From Eledone cirrhosa (Eukaryota): DNA of 64,000 bases. The stretch is taken from positions 327,856,001 to 327,920,000 of the forward strand of contig OZ024740.1 in NCBI GenBank assembly GCA_964016885.1, read 5' to 3'. Position 1 is the first letter of the stretch; every line of letters begins with the position of its first letter. The position numbers were made by a program, and so were the translations under genes. Below, one piece after another: positions 1 through 11,980 of the stretch. The notes under the pieces are model-generated. The model worked only from the letters and a program-made list of their open reading frames with translations. It ran no database searches and was not told where the DNA came from.

Positions 1-844
1 TCTACTGGGAGCTTACTATAAACAATATCCTTCTGGAATCAATAAGTATCAGATATGAACTTGGGTTGATTCAATTGACTGTACTCTTTCACTAAGAATT
101 TGTGGCCTTTTACTAATGCTAAAAATAATTATTTCTTGAGAATACTTATTTTAACTTCATGAAAGATGAAGAATGAAAGTGTTGTTTAAAGATGAGATAA
201 TATAGATGACTCTGCTGTTAGCAGTATATTACATTCTTAGACAAGGGACTATTATTCTATTTGTTGCAACCTAGCTAATAAAATGATATGTATATATGTA
301 TAATATCTCCAATAGACACATAGGTTCATAAAGCTACTGCTTATGTGGTTTGCTTTCCTGAGTGATTATATGATTTTAACATTAAGCTGAATGTGACATG
401 CTGCTAAGACGTTTACGTTTAATAACTTTTTTTTTTTTCAACTATCCGCTTCTTATAGGATATTATAGTCATTAAGGATGTCATTTATGCATCAACTTTC
501 AAACTCCCATATCCTAAATTTTACACTAGCCTTTATTACTAAAAGAATATTTTGTTTATTTGTCATGGCTAAGTAAACTTAAACTGATGTGAGTAATTTA
601 GTGCTCTGTCTAAAGATACAGCAAAATATCCAGAAGTATATCTTAACTCAGTATTCATTAGTCCAAAATTATATTTCCTCAGTCACATCGCCTCTAAATA
701 ATGCACCATTCCTATTATGGCTATTGAATGTGTCTACAGTAAAATATATGATACAATCTTCCTGAAAACAAATTAATTTGAGATACCATGCTACTCTGGA
801 AAAAACATGTGTGCACATGTTTAAAAAATACAACTCTGTCTTCT

Positions 845-1275
845 ATCATCATCATGTTCCTGCAACTGGTGCAGCCAGTCATTGAGGTGCCACTCTAGAC
901 GTTTTTACAGTCAGCTGTTGCCACTAACCTCTATGCTCCATCCTTCATAGAAGGGTCTCAGTGTTGTGACCAGTCTAATTGTTGATGTTGTCGGACCAGG
1001 ATTTTCTTTGCCCTCCCGTGACTGTGTCCTGAAAGATGGTTTTTGATAAGGGGTTATGGCAGGATACATGACCATACCAAGCAAGCTTCTATCTTTTTAC
1101 CATCACAAGGAGAGTTTGCTGTCTGCCAGCATATTTGTTAACTTGCTGCCTGATAAAACTGTTTGTTTTGTGCTCCGTATAAGGGAAGCACTTGTGCTCG
1201 AATGACTGGATTCTTCATTCCATGTCAGCTGTGAAAGTCCAACTCTCACACTCATACAAAAGGATCAAAGTCACC
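845..1275 (-). mobile_element. RTE-type LINE 3' fragment (decayed)
   Basis: Minus strand reads ILLYECESWTFTADME*RIQSFEHKCF and a WYGHV-like segment, typical of RTE ORF C-termini. Ends in a (GAT)n tail. Confidence 0.75.
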
Positions 1276-2113
1276 AAGATATATATTGTTACTGATAATA
1301 GTCCAGTTATTTACTTACAGAAATATACTCTTCATGTTCTCTTACTATCTACTATCTTACTCTTATACAGTGATGACTATTCTTAATTTTTTTCTTTTCA
1401 TCTTAAAACTGTAACACTGCATCTAAGCAGCAACATTTGGGAATTATTGAGATCTTTAGATCCATTTACATTGATTTAATGTCCACTAGCAAAGTCATAT
1501 CAATAAAATACATGACATTTTTTATATTATATTATGTTTACAGAAACAGCTAACTTTATCTGTAAAACCTAGTGTATTAATTCAAGATGGAACAGTCAAA
1601 TCGAATGCTTGGAAACCAAATAGATAATTATTACCATCTCTTCAGAGTCACCATGTCTTTAGTTTAGTTTTTGTAACATGTAAGGGCAATAATTATAATC
1701 AGATATTCTACACAGATCAATACAGAAACTAAAAGACATTTAAAAATAGAGTCATAGTTTAAATCAAAATAGTCTAAAATGTTTGACGATAGTATGATCT
1801 TCACAAAATGGAGTCACTGCTTTAATTTTTTAACAAAAGAAACAGAAAAAAAACTTTCTTGATACAAAACTACAAGTTTACCAATGAAATTAATGAACTA
1901 CCTTTTAAGTATTGAAAATACAGTGCTAATAATACATTAGAGTAATATTCTGATAATAGACAAAATACATAGCATGAGAAGCCAGCATTGAAACAGCTTC
2001 TACACAATTGAGATATATTTATCAACCCGTCTAACCCAGTGGTGGCCATAACTGGACCCTAAAACCTAAGGTCATGCACACATATTAAGTGTATGAAATC
2101 TTAATTGTACTCT

Positions 2114-2116
2114 ATA

Positions 2117-2181
<65 letters not shown>
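2114..2181. repeat. (TA)n microsatellite; others at ~2572-2666, 3420-3508, 19468-19536, 41131-41209 (TA then GA)
   Basis: Directly visible dinucleotide runs. Confidence 0.95.
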
Positions 2182-2184
<3 letters not shown>

Positions 2185-2315
2185 GATAAATCTACCAAGA
2201 GTTTACGGTAGTGTCCAATCCGTATGAAGAACTCAATGTATTCCGGATATCATGGAAAGAAGAGATGTAATGAAAATCCAATTTCGGTGAAAGATAAACG
2301 GTATACAGAGTCAAG

Positions 2316-2574
2316 ATAAAATATTAAACAAATAATGAACAAACAATTCCTTATATTAAACAAAAAACATTATTTCTGAAGACGGCGTATATATGAGTTA
2401 GGTATGTATATTTAATCTTGATAATTTGTATAATTTTGTATAATTTTGTACATAGATCTGTTAAATATGCATACCAATTATAACACATATATGCCCTAGA
2501 AACGATCGTTAAATAGTGAACTTTTTTTGTTTAATATAAGGAATTGTTTGTTCATTATTTGTTTAATATTTTAT
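2316..2574 (+). ncRNA. Type I hammerhead ribozyme motif with very long stems I and II (Penelope-like element remnant)
   Basis: UAUUU-CUGAAGA (2376-2382), then stem II (2383-2498), GAAA (2499-2502), palindromic CGAUCG, UU/AAAUA. Stem I is extended by a perfect 52-bp pairing of 2316-2367 with 2523-2574. Confidence 0.7.
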
Positions 2575-2614
2575 ATATATATATATATATATATAATATA
2601 TTTATATATATATA

Positions 2615-2666
<52 letters not shown>

Positions 2667-3420
2667 GTTAGGGAAGCAGAAAATTGCTTATTGTGATCCA
2701 GTTCGTGGTTAAGAAAACCAGTTTCATGGACGGTTTCAACATACGGTTAGGGGTAACTCCACGAGTTTGTAAGAATTCCGTTCAATCTATATACCTATAT
2801 CCCTCCCTTCTCCTTCATTCCTCTTTTATTTCTTCGTTTTCTTCCTTCCTTCTCTCCCCTTTTTGGCTATCTTTTCTTTTCTTCTTTCTCTCCCCCTTCT
2901 TTGCTTTTATTTTTGTCATTATTATCTTTATCTTTATTTTTTACATATATATTTATCTCTTTATATCTCCCCCCCCCCCTCTCTCTATCCCTCCCACTAT
3001 GATCAATTTAATTCTCTTTAACTCACTACATTCAACGACATGAAGTCTACATATCAAAACTGATCAAGGAATCCTCCACCTCTACCCCTCCCTCCATCTC
3101 AGTTTGTCACTCTACTTCTTAACTCTTCTCCCCTTCCTCTCTCTATATACTATTCCGTTTGTCCCCTCACCTTCTAATTCCTCTTCCTCTCTCTCTATAC
3201 TAGTAAATACAATTCCAAAATATGTTTTTCTCTATATATTAAGAACTATTTCAAGAGTAACTTACTCACTATTTTGAAAATTTGGACATGAACAACAATT
3301 ATAATTGAGTGGCTGCTATTTGCAGTATAGCAATATAAGGTTGCACTTACCAATGAAACGGTCGTAAATACCTGGATAAAATCCTTCTCTTAATGCTTAC
3401 CTGTGTTTTCTCTTTTATAC
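2667..3420. mobile_element. Probable Penelope-like remnant between (TA)n tracts with degenerate hammerhead half
   Basis: GAAACGGTCGTAAATA at ~3355-3370 parallels GAAACGATCGTTAAATA at 2499. An upstream TATTTC-AAGAG at ~3247 looks like a deleted CTGAAGA core. Pyrimidine-rich body. Confidence 0.4.
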
Positions 3421-3440
3421 TATATTTATCTATATATATA

Positions 3441-3510
<70 letters not shown>

Positions 3511-3659
3511 GATGAGGGTATAAAAGCTGATCTTACCCAATTACACCTCTCAAAGTTGATGAAACACGACCGTGACCTCTGGCACCACGCAGTAATACAG
3601 AAGAACCGATCCCCCACGGGTACAAGCCGAAGCTGAAGCATATAGACAATATGCCCTCA

Positions 3660-3936
3660 CCCCCTCCCACCGCAAAGTGGTTGTGGAAGTGCCACGGCAA
3701 AAAAGCCCCCAGCCCACACTGTAAAGTGGATGTGTAGGCGCCACGGAAAAAAAACACCTAGTACTCATTGTAAATGAGGTTGGTGTTAGGAAGGGCATCC
3801 AGCTGTAGAAATCAAGCCAGAATCAGTTCCCGTATGAGCAAGACATGGTCAGCCGATCAGACACTGCCCACAACAGGACAACCCGTCTAACCCATGCTAG
3901 CGTGGAAGAACGGACGTAAAACGGTGATGATGATGA
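3660..3936 (+). mobile_element. RTE-tailed SINE / LINE 3' end
   Basis: GGAAGGGCATCCAGCTGTAGAA ... CCCATGCTAGCGTGGAAGAACGGACGTAAAACGG(TGA)n. The same tail recurs at ~15095, 17925, 21145, 24700, 25720, 43500 and 47265. Confidence 0.65.
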
Positions 3937-3991
3937 TATGTATATACTTGTGGAAAGCAGACATAAAAATGATGATGATAATGATGAGCTA

Positions 3992-4041
<50 letters not shown>

Positions 4042-5264
4042 CAGGGTGCAGACGATATTTGTTCGCAAGATTACTGTCTAGGAAAAAGTAACACAGTAGT
4101 TTTATTTTTTAAGATATATTTATCAAACTTGGGTTAGTTTGTCTTCATGACTTGTTCTTTCGATCTCACTCAATAAACCCGCCATTGGCTTTGATGACGG
4201 CCCCAAGGCGGCCTCGGAACCGGCTACAGGCCTTCATCACTGTCCCCCGACTTAGGCCCCTAAAGGCACTTGTGATCCTGGCCTTCAGATCGTCTTTCGT
4301 ATTGCAGCTAGATCTGTTGGTGTCTCATTCCACTGCGCTCCACACAAAGAAGTCAAGGGGGTTGCAGTCAGGCGAGATGGGAGGCCAGATGTCAGGTGAA
4401 GTGTGGTCGACGAAGTTCTCTGACAGCCAGGCTTGGGTCTTTCGGCTGGTATGGCAGGGCACTGAGTCTTGCTGCCACACATACGGCCTACCTGCAGCTA
4501 CCTGGTCGATCCAGGGCTTTACTACCTAACTCAGAACGCGGATGTAGCCATCGGTGTTCAGTTTGAGGTTCTCAGGGAAGAAGTGAGGTGGCATGACGCC
4601 ATCTTGACTGCTGATGACACCTAAGACCAATGTTGTCGCTGGAAACTTTGACTGCATGACTCTGGGCGCGTCTTTGGATGAGACAGCGAGCCACCTGTTG
4701 TTCTTGGAGTTGATCTTCTGGTCTTGGCAGAAGTTTTTCTTGTCGGAGAAAAACCACAGCATGTCTGGCCCCAGTGGGTGTTTCAACTTGTTGATCAGCT
4801 TCTTTGCGTGCTTCAGTCGCTTTTCTTCCATCGCCTTTCCATCTTGTACGAAACGTAGCGAATGTCTTCATGTACCACCAGCTTAATGAGCTTTTCATCC
4901 ACGCCTTTCTCCCTTGCAATGGCACGCATCGACTTGCTAGGTTCATGTGTTTTCCTCTCTGATGTTGCTTCGTAGTTGAATCCTGAATCTTCCAATTCCT
5001 TTCTGACCTTTTCCACCTTTCTCCTGCTGATGCTGAAAAAGTCCGAAATTTCCTTATTTGTCCTCCCTGCGCGGATTCCAAGAAGAACTCTGTGTCTCTT
5101 CCACAAATTTGGAGGTCCAAAATTATTCATAATCAATTATTCTGAAAATAAATAATGGAAATATAGTCACTGTTTTTTATGAAGACAAGAGTGACAACAG
5201 AAGTAAAAAAATTTGCATAAAATTAGCAGTTGAAAAATTGCGAACAAATATCGTTCACACCCTG
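4042..5264 (-). mobile_element. Full-length Tc1/mariner-superfamily element, DD37D (maT) family
   Basis: TA target duplication (4040-41, 5265-66). 27-bp TIRs CAGGGTGCAGACGATATTTGTTCGCAA / TTGCGAACAAATATCGTTCACACCCTG. Internal transposase remnant. Confidence 0.93.
4166..5136 (-). pseudogene. maT DD37D transposase pseudogene
   Basis: WFFSDKKNF ... WQQD-SVPCHTSRKTQAWLSENFVDHTSPDIWPPISPDCNPL-D, with exactly 37 residues between the second and third Asp. Interrupted by a frameshift near 4830 and in-frame stops near 4526 and 4326. Confidence 0.9.
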
Positions 5265-6147
5265 TATGTGTGTCTGTGGCTTCCGCAGACAGTGGAAGCT
5301 ACTTATAATCACTGGCATTATAAACCAATTATTGTCATCATCATCATCATCATCATTATCTTCCTTTTACCATGCTTGCATCAGTTGGACAGTTCTTATT
5401 ATCAAAAGAGCTTCACCCCTAAGTGATCATAATAAATAGCCACCTCTGTATAGATATATATGTATGTGTCTATATATGTGTGTGTGTGAGTGTATTGCGG
5501 GTATATATGTGTGTGTGTGTATGTGTGTTATATAATAGATAATTCTTTTGGCAATAAGAGAAATGTGGATAATTATCACAATAGTATTAACCTTTGATAT
5601 GTAACCTAAGCCTCCACAGCCAGCTATATTTCCTACACTACTTGAGACCACTTAACATATTCTAAGTACATTTCTCTTGTGAATAAGCAGCCATATATCA
5701 CTGCATCTAAAGCTAGGCAGTATAGTATCTACTTCCTTATCACATAACTGACCACTTAAGAAAACAGATGTTTATTTTATCTTTGTAATATTGGTATCTA
5801 TTAGTGAAAGTAAATATAATCTAAATTTCCAACTGAATGTATAATATAGACAACCTCTGTAGTGTTTACTGAAACTAAAGGTCAAACCACAACAAAAGAA
5901 AAAAATAATAATCCTTCTTCAACTGATTTTTTATAATAATTCTGCATTGTGATTATTTCTTATAGCTATTATGTCTAGAATTATGCTTTATGAGATTGAA
6001 AATTAGAATAAAGACATGTTTAAGATTTAGGTTGAGGTCACAATAAAAATAGCTTATGGGCAATAAATGAAATTATATGATTTAATTCATATTATTAATA
6101 TTGAAACACCAGATATATAATTACATTTTTATTTTGTCCCTTTGCAG

Positions 6148-6319
6148 GCAATCTGCTGTTTAAAAAGAGCCAATTATCTTTCTCCATTTGACATAAAAGT
6201 GTTGTACAATCTGGGATTAGTTCATCTACATATGCAACAATATGCATCTGCATTCCATTTTCTTAGTACTATGCTGAAATACAAGCCCAATGATCCTGAA
6301 GCATTCATGATGTTAGCTA
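6148..6319 (+). CDS. BBS4: BBS4 (Bardet-Biedl syndrome 4, BBSome TPR subunit) internal exon
   Basis: Acceptor tttgcag|GCA and donor GCTA|gtaagt. Peptide [40 protein letters not shown] closely matches the BBS4 TPR segment as I recall it ([40 protein letters not shown]). Upstream exons were not found and probably lie before the window. Confidence 0.95.
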
Positions 6320-6559
6320 GTAAGTGAATTTCACTCAATTCATTAATAATTTATGTTTGCTTCTTTTAGATTCTGCTGTTTTGTATTAATTTCATTCATG
6401 CTAACTTGTGTGCAATGGCCTTTTATCAGAGGTAACTCATAATTGGTAAAAAATATATTGTGGGTCATGTTTTGTACAAAAGTGTTCTAGAACACTGAAG
6501 TAAACAACTCTCTACATGATTGAGCATAAATTTAATTCAAACTGCACTAAATAAATTAA

Positions 6560-6725
6560 AAAAGAGCAAGATGGTTGGATAACATCCATGAGCTTGGCTG
6601 GTCTCACTTGGGGATCCAGCCGGATCAGTTGGAGATGGTTGCTTCTGACAGGACCCGCTGGAGGGAGTGTTTGAGGACTCTGCCCCACAACTCTCTCAGG
6701 AATAAGTGGGCGAAGAAGAAGAAAT
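6560..6725 (+). mobile_element. LINE/SINE 3' end with (GAA)n tail; second copy at ~38255-38320
   Basis: Shared GGAGTGTTT.AGGACTCTGCC....CTCTCAGGAATAAGTGG.CGAAGAAGAA at both loci. Confidence 0.55.
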
Positions 6726-7019
6726 AAAAATAAATAATTAATTGAATAAATCAATAAGTTACTAGGCATATCAGATGGATAAAAATATCAAATTGAGTAA
6801 AAACTAAGATTATGAAAAATTCTTGATCAATATGTATACAAGTTTCTCCTAAATACACAGATGTTACAGTAGCGTACTTCTGGGTCATATGGCCTACCTT
6901 GTATGTTACTTGTCTAGAAAATAATTCCCTGATCTATTTTATGATAGACTTGCTGTCACTCAGAAAGATAATCAAACTTTCCTAATTTCAACACTTCTAA
7001 CCAGCAAGACAAGGAAGCA

Positions 7020-7556
7020 GCCTCAGCTGGTAAATTGACCAAGTCATCAGATTAAATGTGTAATGATATTTGTTCTAATTTCAAATCCTGCCAATCAACT
7101 TTGCCTTTCATCCTTCAGGATCAATAAATTATCAGTCCAGGGTAGTAGTTCTTATTATTATCATTATTGTTAGTGCCAGACAACATGCTTTGCAGCATAT
7201 AATTCTATCCCTTTACATTCTGAGTTCAATTCCAGCTGAGTTTAGCTTTACCTTTCATACTTACGGTGTCGATAAAATAAAGTACCAGTAATGCGCTGGG
7301 GTCGATGTAATCGACTTTCCCTTCTCTTCAATTGTTGGAATTGTGCCAAATGTAGAACCCATTATTATCATATTGTTAGTACCAAACAACATGCTTTGCA
7401 GCATATAGTTAAAACCCTTTACGTTCTGAGTTCAAATCCCACCGAGGTTAGCTTTACGAGGTCAATAAAATAAAGTACCATTAATGCGCTGGGATTTGGT
7501 CGGCTTTTCCCTCCCCCAAAATTGTTGGCTTTGTACCTAAATCAGAATCATCATCA

Positions 7557-7610
<54 letters not shown>

Positions 7611-7990
7611 GCATCAGACGGTGGATTGGCAGTATTGGTACAGAGTTGGACACCATGCTTTCAGCATAGAGTTACGTCCCTATACGGACTGAGTTCAAAT
7701 CCCGCCGAGGTTAACTTTGCCTTTCATCCTTACGGGGTCAATAAAATAAAGTACCAGTAATGTACTGGGTTATTGCTGGCCTTGTGCCAAAAGTAGAAAC
7801 AATTATTAGCATCGGACAACTTGCTCTGTGGCATATAGTTACACCCCTTTATGGTCTGAGTTCAAATCTACCTGAGGTTAGCTTAGCTTTTCATCTTTAC
7901 AAGGTCAGTAAAATATAATAGCAGTAATTCACTAGGGTTGATTTAATCGAATTTTCACTTCTCAAAATTGTTGGCCTTGTGCTTAAATCA
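7020..7990 (+). mobile_element. Head-to-tail cluster of tRNA-derived SINEs (Meta/MESC-like core)
   Basis: About five copies of TTCTGAGTTCAAATCC (B box) ... GCCTTTCATCCTTACGGGGTCGATAAAATAAAGTACCAG with (ATT)n tails. Similar clusters at ~12010-12970, 20440-20820, 31860-32130 and 44020-45490. Confidence 0.8.
7620..7802 (+). mobile_element. Young full-length SINE with TSD
   Basis: GGTGGATTGGCAG...AAAGTAGAAACAA flanked by TTATTAGCATCAGAC (7605-7619) and TTATTAGCATCGGAC (7803-7817). Confidence 0.85.
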
Positions 7991-8059
7991 TCATCACTAT
8001 TACCATCACCACCACTACCACCACCATTACTTTGTCATACAGTTTAGATGATTAAGGCA

Positions 8060-8400
8060 TCAGAGTATTTAGTCATTTGTCAAATCACAAGGACCTCAGA
8101 CAGATAATACTTTCCTTAAAATGTGTGCAGTACCTATCAAGGTTGATTTTTATGATACCAACCTTGCATAGTATTCCCAACTGCTTTAAGTCTTGAAGTT
8201 TCAATGGGATTGACCCTAATGCCTCAATCACAACTGGTATCACTTTCTCATTACCATTGTGCACTCTAAACAATCTTGCCATTTCCTCTTTCAATTCAGA
8301 ATACTTAGTGATTTTCTCAACCTCTTTACTTGCTAATAATACAGTAATTGTTCCATTACTGTTGAATATCCATTCTTCCACAGTTTATATTTCTTGTCTA
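8060..8400 (-). mobile_element. RLE-bearing LINE 3' fragment (R4/Dong-like)
   Basis: EKITKYSELKEEMARLF...VIPVVIEALGSIP..LKQLG resembles the C-terminus of R4/Dong restriction-like endonuclease domains. Confidence 0.7.
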
Positions 8401-8466
8401 GTGCCTCTCAATTAGTCTTTTTACCATTTTTCCAATTTCCTCTAAACCATTGCTTGATTTTACTTA

Positions 8467-9202
8467 CCATATATACTCAAATATAAGCCAATCCAAATAT
8501 AAGCTGATGTCTGTGAAATAGGCAAAAATCCAAATCCAGTGAATAATTCAAGGCTGCTAAATGGCACAGTTTTGAAATTCTCATGAGTGGAGAATATATT
8601 TATGAAGTTTTAATATTTTGATATTTAAAATGTTTTAACCCTTTAGCATTTCCATTACTCTATATTTACTATTATATTTTCATGGTAAAGGCTTTACCTC
8701 TCATAATTATCTCACATAATATCGAATCTATAAGATTTTGATATTATTTATTTTGAGAACAATACCTTAACATAAGTATGAGAGGCCGGTTACAGCCAGT
8801 TTGAATAGAAAGAGATGAGAGAATTCTGGCCGGAATCGGCTGGTTTAATGCTAAAGGGTTGAGTATTGTTTAAAATATAGTTTCTGCTTCACAACTCCAT
8901 TATGTAATGATTTTTTACCAATTTCCAACCATTTTGAAGGCCATTTCATTCAAAACATATATAAAAAAAAAATAGAAAATACGAATTTCACATTGAAAGT
9001 GAAACCAGTGGAATATTCACTTCAAAAGTAAAATTAATGTAATATTCACCTACAAAGCCAAAATAATTTAGCACTTTATTTAGATAGAATTTTGAAGTTG
9101 GTGAAAATTGGCAAAATAATGACCCTGAACACACAAACCTACACACTTTATCATTGACTTTTTTTGTCACATATTTCTCAATTTATATATGAGTATATAT
9201 GA
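8467..9202. mobile_element. pogo/Tigger-like MITE, copy 1 (contains a piggyBac MITE)
   Basis: Begins TA-CCATATATACTCAAATATAAGCC and ends in the reverse complement TTTATATATGAGTATATATG. Colinear with 11081-11565. Confidence 0.7.
8639..8858. mobile_element. piggyBac-type MITE
   Basis: TTAA-CCCTTTAGCATT ... AATGCTAAAGGG-TTGA (right TSD mutated). Confidence 0.85.
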
Positions 9203-11080
9203 CAAATCTTGCCTTAATTGCATTTTCAATGCATCATTTTTCCACTATGGTTCTTTTGCTTTCCTTTGCTTAGTTTTCATCTGTTGCAATTTCTTCTCAA
9301 CAAGTTGAGCAACTTTTCGAATAAGGTACCTTATTTGTGTTATGTCCTCTATCATTATTATTTTTTTTATTCCTAAGAGGATCATAAGACAAACTCCTCA
9401 GATATGCCTTCCAGTGTGTCCCATCAAAAGCAACCATTTCCAAATTATCCCTTTGCATTCTGAGTTTGCTTATGATTACACTGGTACTAAGTTGCATTGT
9501 CCCTTGTATTTTACTTGTATAACATCAGTATCATGGTGAAAAGAAACTTTCTTACATGGATGGACAACTTGTGTTCTTCAACAATAAAACGTGTCCAGGC
9601 CTGCACCTTATAGAGAGGAACTTTCCAGAATCCCTGGATTCACAAGACATACAGAGAACCCATGTCTCTGTCCAAAAGCTACAGTTATAAGTAAATGAAT
9701 GAACATGCTAACATTTTCAGTATATATATCTAATAGTACATATAAGTATGTACTTGTAAGTATGTACCTGGCAGAGTTGTAAAGGCACTCTAGTAACATA
9801 CAATGTGTCTTAGGCATTTTAAACTTAGCAGAGCCCAGCTCCCTTTCCATGTCTGAACACAGCCAATTTCTTCCAGAGAAGGAGAAAATGTGATACAGAT
9901 GAAGTGAGAAAGAGATATTGAGGAAGAATCAATTCCAGTACTGGACTGGTACTTTATTTATCAATCTCAAAAGGATGAAAGGCAAAGCTGACCTGAACAG
10001 GATTTGAACTCAAAATGCAGAGCTTCAGAACAAATCTTGCAAAGCATTCTATCTGACATTCTAACGGCTCTACCAATTTGCCACCTCAATTAAAAATGAT
10101 TACAAAACAAAATATTTATGTTTAGCCTATTTAAATTCTATAATTGAATTATTGTGTACATTTTTTTTTACTTTCTTATACTTATAACCCTCATTATCTC
10201 CCCATCAGAGACTTGGTATATGACAGTTGAAGCTGTGACATAATTTGTTGTTATTTTTTCTTAAAACAGTATACCACACCTAGAATGGTAGATTGACAGA
10301 ATTAGTAGAGAATTGGATAAAATGGCATTGCAGTATTTGTTCTGGTTCTTTATGTTCTGATCCTGCCGAGATCCACTTTGCTTTTCATCCTTCTGGTGTC
10401 AGAAGTACCAGTCAAGTACTGGGGTTGATTTAACCAACTTTTCCTTTCCCCAAATTTGATGGCTTTGTGCATATATTAGAAATCAATATATACAAAACTT
10501 ATGATTGGCTTGTCAAATAGTTCACCGGTTACTCAGTATTAAAAGGTTAATTTTATTTATACACCAAACTGTATGCTCCCTTAAAAAAATACCTATCTAT
10601 TGAAAATCCAATGATTGCGTTTCGTTTTGTGTTTTTGTTAAGTCTTCATTTCCTTTTGGGGTTTTTTTTTTGTTACTCAAAGAAGTTTTCTGGGTGTGGT
10701 TTGTATATTGTGAGAAAATTATGAATGAAATTTGTAATGTCATTTTACAACTGCAAATAATCTGTTGAATTCTAAAGAGTTTTTGGTACTATAAACAAAA
10801 CAGTCTACTTTTAATGTTTCTTAAGTGCTCTTATATCGTTGCCAAGTTTTAGAGCAGAAAATGTTTTATAACTCTTGAACCACTTGAAGAATTTCACAGC
10901 TCTCATAATTCTCTCTTTTTAATTGGTTTAGTTATAAAGAAGAAATTGTCACTAAAACACAATACTATTAATGTAATTTACAGCTTGCTAACATTACTAG
11001 GGTATGGCCTACCTGAATGAAATGTCTATAATTTATATCCTACCACCAATAATAGACTGCATCTCTGGTAACAAGAATTA

Positions 11081-11565
11081 CTGTTTATCCTCGAATATAA
11101 GCTGAAACCCTGTGTATAAGTTGATGTAGCTAATCAACACATTATTTTAAGTGGCACAGTTTTGAAATTCTTGGGAGTGGAGAATACATTTATGAAGTTT
11201 TAATATTTTGATATTCAAAATATTTTGACTGTCATTTTGAGTAAAGTTTTTGTTTTCAAAACTTCATTTTGTAATGATTTTTTTACCAATTTGAAACCAT
11301 TTTGAAGACTATATTAATTCAAAACACATGGAAACGAATTTCATGTCAAAAGTTAAACCAGTGTAATATTCCCTCTAAAGTGAAACCGATGTAATATTTA
11401 TCTCCAAAGCAAAAATATTATTGCACTTCGTTTACGTAAAATTTTGAAGTTGCTGATTATCGGTAAAATATTGAACACGAATATAAGCTGAACACAGCCC
11501 ACCATTTTACTATGGATTTTTTTTGTCACATATTTCTCAGCTTATATACGTATATATATATATGG
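11081..11565. mobile_element. pogo/Tigger-like MITE, copy 2
   Basis: TA-CTGTTTATCCTCGAATATAAG ... CTTATATACGTATATATATATATGG-TA. Internal identity to 8467-9202. Confidence 0.7.
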
Positions 11566-11699
11566 TACATCAGTCAACATAGCTGTTGATAGATTGAAAA
11601 ATACAACTCATGGCAGTAAAGAAGAGGAAAAAGTTTATTTGAAGAGTGTTTTATATCCTGCTTCAGAGATATATTATTAGACCTCTGTCAGTTCCATTG

Positions 11700-11980
11700 A
11701 TGAGTGTCCTAGTTGTTCAAACAATGGAACAGCCTGCTCATGAAATGAATGTACAAAGTGGCTAAGCATACCACAAACACATGCATCCTTAGCATAGTTC
11801 CCAGGGTGATTCAACATGACACAGTATCTGATGAGTTCGGTCCTTTGAAATACAGGTAAAATTCATTTTTGCTATCTGAGTGGACTGTAGCAACATGAAA
11901 TAAAGTGTCTGGCTCAAAAACTCAATGCACCAGCAGGAGTCGAAATCATGACCTAATCATTAAGCCACATGCCTTCACTT
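11700..11980 (-). mobile_element. tRNA-derived CORE-type SINE
   Basis: Reverse complement of TTGAG.AAGACACTTTATTTCA.GTTG.T.CAGTCCACTCAG, the same core as 42625-42910. Confidence 0.65.

Noticed and set aside
4152-4886. Plus-strand ORFs of 125 and 90 aa
   Set aside because: Antisense shadows of the minus-strand transposase.
1-6147. Additional upstream BBS4 exons
   Set aside because: I found no segment encoding the expected preceding peptide (LWNNIGMCFFGK-like) with splice sites; a small exon could have been missed by eye.
11828-11860. CTGATGAG...GAAA hammerhead-like words
   Set aside because: Stems I and II do not pair convincingly, and the homologous SINE segment at ~23965-24002 lacks both words.
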